Part shown: positions 56,947-64,000 of the stretch, one piece after another
Numbering within the stretch: position 1 is the stretch's first letter
Layout of the letters: each line of letters opens with the position of its first letter
NCBI GenBank assembly: GCA_020630775.1
Contig: JAHDIN010000002.1
Location: 108,607 to 172,606 of the forward strand
Direction: 5' to 3'
Length of the DNA stretch: 64,000 bases
From: Saprospiraceae bacterium
GTDB taxonomy: Bacteria; Bacteroidota; Bacteroidia; Chitinophagales; Saprospiraceae
The notes under the pieces: model-generated
What the model was told of the DNA's origin: nothing
Database searches by the model: none
What the model saw: only the letters and a program-made list of their open reading frames with translations
Program-made: the position numbers and the translations under genes

Positions 56947-57549
56947 TTAGGCTAGAAGGAAAGGAAATTTGTCCAAGTCTTCTTTTGTATCTAAGTCGGA
57001 TAATTCATCTAAAATTTTAAACCTCAGTTCGAGGCTTTGCATCTTTTCAATAGTTTTATTGAAAACCTGATCTGTACTCCAGGGAATGTTTTCAAACAAT
57101 TCATGATGAAGCGTTTTTAATCCTAAGAGGTAATAGCCACCATCTGGTGTTGGCCCTATTACTGCATCGAATTCATGGAGATCTTTAAACGCATTTTGAA
57201 TTAATGGGCTATTTATTTCTGGACAATCGCTGCCAATTATAATCGCCTTGGCTTGCATTTGAAGTACAACTTTGAAAGCAGTTGCTATACGCCTGCCAAG
57301 ATCTCCAATAGATTGAACAGACTTTATAAATTGTTTGGAAGACCAGTTGTCATCTTGGATAACAGATTTATCATAAAATAGAAATCTGTGAACATTTACA
57401 CCTAAGGCAGCTTCTCTTGTGATTTTTAAAAGCCTTTTGTAAATATCTAAGGCTTGATGATCGCCAATAGCTTTAGCTAATCGTGTTTTGCATCGACCTA
57501 ATTCTGGATTCTTAACAAATATTATCAGCCCGCCGATTGTTTTAATTAT
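56947..57549 (-). CDS. DUF2064 / TIGR04282-like glycosyltransferase family protein, start codon uncertain (non-canonical)
   Basis: The track ORF (56947..57258) starts mid-domain. Hand translation shows the frame is open up to a TAG at 57556-57558. It encodes QKIIKTIGGLIIFVKNPELGRCKTRLAKAIG..., the family's conserved N-terminus, but there is no ATG/GTG/TTG before 57258. The C-terminal part has IGSDCP and DGGYYLLGL motifs. Confidence 0.6.
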   Translation of the reverse strand: MIKTIGGLIIFVKNPELGRCKTRLAKAIGDHQALDIYKRLLKITREAALGVNVHRFLFYDKSVIQDDNWSSKQFIKSVQSIGDLGRRIATAFKVVLQMQAKAIIIGSDCPEINSPLIQNAFKDLHEFDAVIGPTPDGGYYLLGLKTLHHELFENIPWSTDQVFNKTIEKMQSLELRFKILDELSDLDTKEDLDKFPFLLA

Positions 57550-58939
57550 TTTCTGCTACCTCTTTTTTGGAATCTTTCTTCTTGTCTTCTTTAAGATAAA
57601 CCTTGCTGCCATCTTTTAACTTATTAGCAATAGCTGAGTAAGGTGCAATCACTATTTCTGAATCAGCAGTTAAGCCATCAGTGACTTGAATAAATTCGTC
57701 ATCTTGTATGCCCGTTTTTACATCAACCATACGCACCGTATCAGCTTCATAGACAAAGACAACTTCTCTAAATTCTTGTTCGTCATCACTTTTGTTACTT
57801 TCGGATTCATCATCATTATCATTTTCTCTAGCTGTCACCGATTGTATTGGAATGGAAAGTGCATCCTTCATTTCTGCTGTATAAATGTCTACTGAAGCAG
57901 ACATACCTGGTCTGAATGGATATTTAGCTTCACCTGAAACTAAATCACTATAGGAGTTTTGATCCATTCTGATTTTAACTATAAAATTTGTGACTTGATC
58001 TGTATTAAGCGCTGCAGTAGCGCCACCAAGATTTGATGCCGAATTAGCAATCTCGGTTACTGAGCCTTTAAATATTTTGTCTAAATAGGCATCCACTTCT
58101 ATATCTACTTCATCACCAAGCTCTACACGAATGATGTCATTTTCAGAAACATCAACTTGTACTTCCATCGTATTTAAATTTGCAATACGCATCATTTCAG
58201 TACCTGTCATCTGAATGGTACCTACAACGCGTTCGCCTTGCTCTACACTCAAACTAGAGACGATGCCGCTTACAGGAGCCTTAATAACAGTCCTACTAAG
58301 ACTAGTTTTCATTTCTTTTAATGAAGCCTCTGAGCTTTCTACATTAAATTCTGAAGACTTAATACTTTGTTCAGCGGATCTGATATTTGCATCACTCGCT
58401 CTAAGATTAGCCTCTAGGTTTTCAACGGTTGCTAAGGCATTTTCATAATCTGCGTCAGATATAATACCTTCTTCTTTTAGCTTTTTATTTCTATCTAAAA
58501 TTCTCTGAGCATTTTTAAGCTGACTTTGGATCTGTTCTTTTTGAGCTAGGTTAGCTTCTTTCTGACTTTTGGACATAGCCATTTGTGATTTGGCACCACT
58601 TACCATGGCTTCACCACGTTGTACTGCAGAAACATATGTCTCCGGATCTATTTTTGCTAACAATTGTCCGGCTTTTACAGAATCACCTTCCATAACATAG
58701 AGTTCTATTATTTCTCCAGATACATCCGAACTAATTTTTACTTCTTTTTCAGGGAAAATTCTTCCTGAGGCGGAGACGGTTTCCTTTATAGTTTTTTTAT
58801 CTACTTGTTCGACTTCTACTTCAATGCCTTTGTTCTTATTCTTTCCCTTATTCATGGCGACCCAGCCTAAGAGTATCACCAATAAAAGAAGAATCAATAT
58901 GATCCATAGCAGACGTCTTTTCTTTTTCTTTTTAGCCAT
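57542..58939 (-). CDS. Efflux periplasmic adaptor (MacA/HlyD-like)
   Basis: N-terminal KKKKRR plus TM anchor, lipoyl-like and long coiled-coil regions, and barrel domains. It follows a TolC gene by 3 nt. Confidence 0.8.
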   Translation of the reverse strand: MAKKKKKRRLLWIILILLLLVILLGWVAMNKGKNKNKGIEVEVEQVDKKTIKETVSASGRIFPEKEVKISSDVSGEIIELYVMEGDSVKAGQLLAKIDPETYVSAVQRGEAMVSGAKSQMAMSKSQKEANLAQKEQIQSQLKNAQRILDRNKKLKEEGIISDADYENALATVENLEANLRASDANIRSAEQSIKSSEFNVESSEASLKEMKTSLSRTVIKAPVSGIVSSLSVEQGERVVGTIQMTGTEMMRIANLNTMEVQVDVSENDIIRVELGDEVDIEVDAYLDKIFKGSVTEIANSASNLGGATAALNTDQVTNFIVKIRMDQNSYSDLVSGEAKYPFRPGMSASVDIYTAEMKDALSIPIQSVTARENDNDDESESNKSDDEQEFREVVFVYEADTVRMVDVKTGIQDDEFIQVTDGLTADSEIVIAPYSAIANKLKDGSKVYLKEDKKKDSKKEVAENN

Positions 58940-58941
58940 GT

Positions 58942-60384
58942 TTAAATTTTAAGAGGTTTTCCTAAGTAGAATTCTAATGTTTTGATGGTAAATAAATAGT
59001 TGTATTTATCTATAAGTGCGTTGAGTTCTGCATTTTCTAAATTAGTTTTTTGTGACTCCCATTCAAAAGAATTTGCGGCGCCAATTTCCAATCTTTTAGT
59101 CGTGTTCTCAAATGCTAGTTTTTGAGCTTCGACTGTTTTATTAGAAGCTTCAAGTCGTTTTTTAGCAGCTCTCGAATCTGCTATGGCTTGTTGTACAGTT
59201 GTTTTTAGATTGTTTAATAACAAATCTCTATTTATTCTTGTATTCGTTGCATTCAATTTTGCTAATGCTACATTGTTATCTGCAGCTCCACGATTGTATA
59301 TCGGAACACTTAATCCAAAACCAAAACCATATGAAAGGTTTTGATCCAATTGGTCAGTATAAGCTTGTTTTTCTACAATCGGGCTTATGCTTTCTGTACT
59401 TATTGTTATTGGTACATTTTGGAAAGGAAAACTAGGATCATTGGAGGTTATGTTTACTTGTGATTCAATAAATTCTGTATTGAATCCTGTGATTGTTCTA
59501 CCTTGGTTTGAAAAAGTCGTCCCAACATTTCCTCCTAAACTTAAAGTAGGGTAGTAGGCAGACTTAGCTATGTCAATACCTATCTCAGCACTTTTCATCC
59601 GCATTTCAGTAGCGGTTAGATCTGGTCTGTTTTTTTTCGCTAGTTCGTACGCCTCCTCGAATGAAATTAAATCAGGATCGGTATCTATTGTAATTCCTTC
59701 TGGTACTTCAATGTCCATTTCATATGAAGGTTCTAATTGTAGAGATTGCTTAAGGTTGAGGAATGCAATTTCTAAATTATTTTTTGAACCAATCAAAGTT
59801 TGTTCAGACTGCGCTATTTGAGCTTCAAGATTTAATTTTTCTGATTCTGGTCTTGCTCCGGCAGAAATTAATTTTTTAAGTTGATCTAATTGTTGTTGAC
59901 TTAATAATAATTGTCTTTCTGAAATTGCGATGTTTTCTTTTGCAAAAAGAACATTCAGAAAATTAGTAGCCACCACAAGAGCAGTATTTCTTTTTATTTG
60001 TTCCAAATCTTGATTGGCGGCATCAAGATCGACCTTACTTTGCTTTATAGAATTATTAATTCTATTTCCATCCCATAATAAAACATTCGAGTTTAACCCA
60101 AAATTATTAGAGAAAAAGGTCGCCGTGATAAAATCGTTGGTTGTGGGATCAATGGTACGACCGAAATTCCAAAAGGCATTCAGACTCCCATTTAAATTGG
60201 GGTATCGAGATTGCTTGTTTTGGTTGACAGTTATATTAGCTTGTTCTACGCTTAATCTAGACTGTTCTATGGTAAGATTGTGTTCAATAGCGTGATTAAC
60301 GCACTCTTCAAGTGTCCAAATTTCTTGACTAAAGATAGAGCCAATGAAGCTAAATATACCTAGCAATGAGAGCGTAAATTTCAT
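58942..60384 (-). CDS. TolC-family outer membrane efflux protein
   Basis: 480 aa with a signal peptide, TolC-like tandem repeats and a C-terminal LEFYLGKPL. Confidence 0.85.
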   Translation of the reverse strand: MKFTLSLLGIFSFIGSIFSQEIWTLEECVNHAIEHNLTIEQSRLSVEQANITVNQNKQSRYPNLNGSLNAFWNFGRTIDPTTNDFITATFFSNNFGLNSNVLLWDGNRINNSIKQSKVDLDAANQDLEQIKRNTALVVATNFLNVLFAKENIAISERQLLLSQQQLDQLKKLISAGARPESEKLNLEAQIAQSEQTLIGSKNNLEIAFLNLKQSLQLEPSYEMDIEVPEGITIDTDPDLISFEEAYELAKKNRPDLTATEMRMKSAEIGIDIAKSAYYPTLSLGGNVGTTFSNQGRTITGFNTEFIESQVNITSNDPSFPFQNVPITISTESISPIVEKQAYTDQLDQNLSYGFGFGLSVPIYNRGAADNNVALAKLNATNTRINRDLLLNNLKTTVQQAIADSRAAKKRLEASNKTVEAQKLAFENTTKRLEIGAANSFEWESQKTNLENAELNALIDKYNYLFTIKTLEFYLGKPLKI

Positions 60385-60529
60385 AAAATGATCATTATAT
60401 CATAAGTCTAATAATAGATTACGATATAAACTTATAAATTCTATGAAGCATATCATTTTTTGGATAAAGGAAATAATTTATTTTTACGTCCTATAGGAGC
60501 AAAAGATGCTCTAATGATCCATTGAAATA

Positions 60530-60617
<88 letters not shown>

Positions 60618-60858
60618 TAATAAAATGACATGTAAGCGGAATAATTTCCACTTACATGCCTCATCCAAACATTATTTCTGACTTAATATCAACTTTTCAA
60701 GTTTAGCTAGCTTTTGTTTAGTTATTGTAGACTCTTTTTTTATAAGTTAGTCTAGGTCTTCTTTCCAGTGATGATAAAAACTGGGTTATTTTATTGAATT
60801 TGCTCCTGTATAAGTCACTTTTTACCCCATATTTGCACCACAATATAAATCTGCCTCG

Positions 60859-61815
60859 ATGAAAGTTTGTGATCATATTAACAACGCAAAAGGGGAGACA
60901 CTAATCTCTTATGAAGTTCTTCCACCTTTGAAAGGTGGAAGAATGAAAGACATTTTTGAAATGTTAGACCCGTTAATGGAATACAAGCCTCCTTTTATTG
61001 ATGTGACATACCATAGACAAGAAGTTGTTTTCAATAAGAGAGAAAGTGGATATTATGAAAAAGTAGCAATTCGTAAAAGACCTGGTACTGTAGGTATTTG
61101 CGCTTCAATAATGCACAAATATGGTGTTGATGCTGTGCCGCATTTGATATGTGGTGGATTTACAATTGAAGAAACTGAAGATGCCTTAATTGATTTAGCT
61201 TTCTTAGGTATTAATAATGTTTTGGCTCTTAGAGGTGATGCTAGAAAAGTTGAAGATAGATTTGTGCCAGAACAGGGAGGTCATAAATATGCTTCTGATT
61301 TAGTGAAGCAGATGAATAAAATGAACAATGGAGTCTATTTAGATCCAAATTTGGATAATGCCGCACCAACAGAGTTTTGTATCGGTGTTGCGGGATATCC
61401 TGAAAAACATTTTGAAGCACCTAATTTTGATACTGACTTGATGTATCTAAAACAAAAAGTAGACGCAGGTGCACACTATATTGTAACACAAATGTTTTTC
61501 AATAATCAAGCTTATTTTGACTTTGTAGACAAATGTAGAGCAGTTGGAATCAATGTTCCTATTATTCCTGGTTTGAAACCTGTTACAAGAAAATCTCAAT
61601 TAAGTGGTATCCCTAGAAAATTCTTTGTTAATTATCCTGAAGAATTTGTAAAAGAGATGCAAAATGCAACTTCCAAAGAAGCTGTAAAACAAATAGGAAT
61701 AGAATGGTGTATTGAACAATCTAAAGAATTAAAAGCCAAAGGTGCTCCTGTCTTACATTATTATACTATGGGTGACTCTAAAACAATGCTCAAGATTTTG
61801 AAAGAAGTTGTGTGA
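60859..61815 (+). CDS. metF: 5,10-methylenetetrahydrofolate reductase
   Basis: 318 aa. ISYEVLPP N-terminal strand and FIDVTYH, LRGD, GVAGYPEKH and IVTQMFF motifs typical of MetF. Confidence 0.9.
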   Translation: MKVCDHINNAKGETLISYEVLPPLKGGRMKDIFEMLDPLMEYKPPFIDVTYHRQEVVFNKRESGYYEKVAIRKRPGTVGICASIMHKYGVDAVPHLICGGFTIEETEDALIDLAFLGINNVLALRGDARKVEDRFVPEQGGHKYASDLVKQMNKMNNGVYLDPNLDNAAPTEFCIGVAGYPEKHFEAPNFDTDLMYLKQKVDAGAHYIVTQMFFNNQAYFDFVDKCRAVGINVPIIPGLKPVTRKSQLSGIPRKFFVNYPEEFVKEMQNATSKEAVKQIGIEWCIEQSKELKAKGAPVLHYYTMGDSKTMLKILKEVV

Positions 61816-61850
61816 TAAGAATAAGCTTAAGTCTAAACCTAAGAGTAATT

Positions 61851-63554
61851 TTAATTACTTTCTGACTTGTATTTTATCTTTCCTCCAACTATAGTATATA
61901 AAACTTTTGTATCTGGTATTTCTAAGTCGTCGCATGTAAGTAAGTTAGTATCTAGTATGACAATGTCAGCGAGCTTTCCAACTTCTAGAGAGCCTTTGAT
62001 GTCTTCTTCGAAAGCGCCATATGCAGCATCCAGGGTATATGATTTAAGTGCTTGTTCTCTTGACATTCTATTTTCAACAAAGAATTCCATTCCATTGTCC
62101 ATTCGTTTTCTGGTTACTGATGCATAATAGTTTTCAAAAGGATCTATGTCTTCAACAGGTACATCAGTACCGTTAACAATTTTTACGTCTTGATTTAAAA
62201 GGGCTTTCCAAGCGTAAGCGCCTACTTTTGCTCTCAGTTGACCTAATCGTTTTACAACGAAAGGTGCATCCGAGGTGCAATGCACACCTTGCATAGAAGC
62301 AATAGCGCCAGTTGATTTAAAACGCATAATATCATTAGGGTTTAAGTGTTGAGCATGCTCAACACGCCACCTTAATGGATCATCGCTTTTGTTTTGGTAA
62401 TTTTCGATTATATCCAAAGTTTCACTGTTGGCTCTGTCACCTATTGCATGCACGCACAATTGCATGCCTGAATCATATGCTAATTTAGCAATAGCTGCTA
62501 CTTCTGATACTTCAGTAGTATTCTGACCATAGAACTCTTTCTTATCTTCATAAGGTTCTAAAAGCCATGCACCATGAGCACCTAATGCGCCATCAAGTTC
62601 TGTTTTAATCGCTCGACAAGTAAAGTGGTTATTGCCAATTCCAATTTTTTTATAATCAGACAATTTGCCTTTTAATTCATCTGAAGAGTGTCTTACCATG
62701 GCCCATAGTCTTATGTCGAATTGGTTTTTTTCAGCCATTTCAGTGTATCTTTCTAACTCGAAGAATTTAGAGCCTGCATCTTGAAAACTGGTCACTCCAT
62801 TGGCTAAGCATTCTTCTTGAGCTAATGAGATGGCATCATACCAAAGTTGTTTTTGTTGCTCAGAATCTAGTCCTTTTTTATAAGTATCAAATTCTGCCAA
62901 AATAGGTTTCATTGCACGTTCTTCAAAAACCCCAACAAGTTGACCGCTATTATTTTTTACAATGTGACCACCTTTAGGATCTGGACTTTCTATACTAATG
63001 CCAGAAAGTTGCATGGCTTTTTCATTCGCAAATAAAGAATGACCTGAAGCATGAATTAAAACAACGGGATTATCTTGAGAGATTTCGCTTAGACCTTGAT
63101 GCATTGGATAAGCTCCATAGCTTTCTTCAGGTCCAGTTTTCCATTTTTCCTGATGCCAACCTCGACCATAAATCCATTCTCCTTTTTTTGATGAAGCTAC
63201 CTTTTGTTGGACTTTATCAACTATAGCCTGCCAGGATGTATCTTTTAAAAAATTGAGGTTTTGAAGAGAAGACCCCATTCCAGAAAAATGACCATGCCCT
63301 TCGATAAAGCCTGGCATGACGAATTGGTTATTGGCATCTATGACTTTAGTGTCTGGCCCCTTTAATTGTTCTATGGATTCCAGAGTGCCAACACAATGGA
63401 TTTTATCATCAATAATGCCTATCGCCTTTACATTATCAGAGGTTGATGTAGCGGTATAGTAATCTCCATTGATAATTAGAAGGTCCAAGTTAACTTCCTC
63501 ATTACAAGCTGATACTAATATCGAAAGTGTTACGAATAGAATTAATTTTTGCAT
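61851..63554 (-). CDS. Amidohydrolase family (amidohydrolase 3-like) metal-dependent hydrolase
   Basis: Lipoprotein-like signal (LVSAC), PGFIEGHGHF metal-binding motif, later HAIGD and a C-terminal GSLEVGKLADIVILD motif. Confidence 0.8.
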   Translation of the reverse strand: MQKLILFVTLSILVSACNEEVNLDLLIINGDYYTATSTSDNVKAIGIIDDKIHCVGTLESIEQLKGPDTKVIDANNQFVMPGFIEGHGHFSGMGSSLQNLNFLKDTSWQAIVDKVQQKVASSKKGEWIYGRGWHQEKWKTGPEESYGAYPMHQGLSEISQDNPVVLIHASGHSLFANEKAMQLSGISIESPDPKGGHIVKNNSGQLVGVFEERAMKPILAEFDTYKKGLDSEQQKQLWYDAISLAQEECLANGVTSFQDAGSKFFELERYTEMAEKNQFDIRLWAMVRHSSDELKGKLSDYKKIGIGNNHFTCRAIKTELDGALGAHGAWLLEPYEDKKEFYGQNTTEVSEVAAIAKLAYDSGMQLCVHAIGDRANSETLDIIENYQNKSDDPLRWRVEHAQHLNPNDIMRFKSTGAIASMQGVHCTSDAPFVVKRLGQLRAKVGAYAWKALLNQDVKIVNGTDVPVEDIDPFENYYASVTRKRMDNGMEFFVENRMSREQALKSYTLDAAYGAFEEDIKGSLEVGKLADIVILDTNLLTCDDLEIPDTKVLYTIVGGKIKYKSESN

Positions 63555-63654
63555 AATCCACCTATATGAATTTAAAACTAAAAATTATGTGGATGCTTAA
63601 TTGATTTTCTAGGGATAATTTGTTCATTTCTTTAGTTTTATGATCTAATATCTG

Positions 63655-64000
63655 ATGATGTATTCTTTTCCTGAGTTAACTGCAATTTTTGAAAATGCAC
63701 TAGAGAATTATAGTCTTCCTAACCGACCAAGAAGATTGTACGAACCAGTTGAATACATTTTATCTTTAGGTGGAAAGCGTATAAGACCGAAATTGGTTTT
63801 AGCTGCTTACAATCTTTTTAAAGATAAAGTTGATTATGCACTCAATGCTGCTTTTGCTGTTGAATATTTTCACAATTTTTCTCTGTTGCATGATGATATA
63901 ATGGATAATGCCTATACCAGACGAGGTAAGGATACAGTTCATGTTAAATATGACTCGAATTCTGCTATATTATCAGGGGATGTTATGTTGATTTGGATGT
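63655..64000 (+). CDS. Polyprenyl diphosphate synthase family protein (3' partial, absent from the ORF track)
   Basis: Hand translation from ATG 63655 gives MMYSFPELTAIFENALENYSLPNRPRRLYEPVEYILSLGGKRIRPKL...FHNFSLLHDDIMDNAYTRRGK. It has the GGKRxRP motif and the first Asp-rich motif (DDxxD). The frame is open to the window end. Confidence 0.8.
   Translation, partial: MMYSFPELTAIFENALENYSLPNRPRRLYEPVEYILSLGGKRIRPKLVLAAYNLFKDKVDYALNAAFAVEYFHNFSLLHDDIMDNAYTRRGKDTVHVKYDSNSAILSGDVMLIWM

Overview
AT-rich chromosomal segment that reads as Bacteroidota. Five proteins carry T9SS C-terminal sorting domains (type A and type B), a bTHX ribosomal micro-gene is present, and TAnnTTTG -7 boxes precede several genes. 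I saw no rRNA, CRISPR array, transposase, integrase or phage genes. Left to right: two T9SS cargo genes; DUF423 and ung; a seven-gene MacAB-like ABC efflux module (adaptor, TolC, ATPase, two FtsX permeases) with its own sigma-54 response regulator and histidine kinase; bTHX; a TetR-TolC-adaptor-RND operon that also carries pdxH; anmK and an SDR; a complete hisG-D-C-B-H-A-F-IE operon preceded by a His-codon leader peptide and a terminator; an OmpA-family gene; an islet of unknown small genes around a WYL-domain regulator; a patatin-Omp85 protein and an L,D-transpeptidase; a 102-bp array of 8-bp repeats; two paralogous BlaI/M56 (BlaR1-like) pairs flanking an orphan histidine kinase; an RDD protein, hydrolases, a large T9SS adhesin and a C1 peptidase; a TolC-adaptor pair followed by a DUF2064 gene with no canonical start codon; tRNA-Leu(CAA); metF; an amidohydrolase; and the 5' end of a polyprenyl synthase. 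The best candidates for undescribed biology are the twin BlaI/M56 sensor-protease modules (one is an unusual M56-TonB_C-CTD-polyPro-CTD mosaic, and both share an operator-like motif) and the WYL-regulator islet. A clear but more conventional signal is the his leader-peptide attenuator. All functional calls come from motif recognition by eye. No database search or RNA folding was run.
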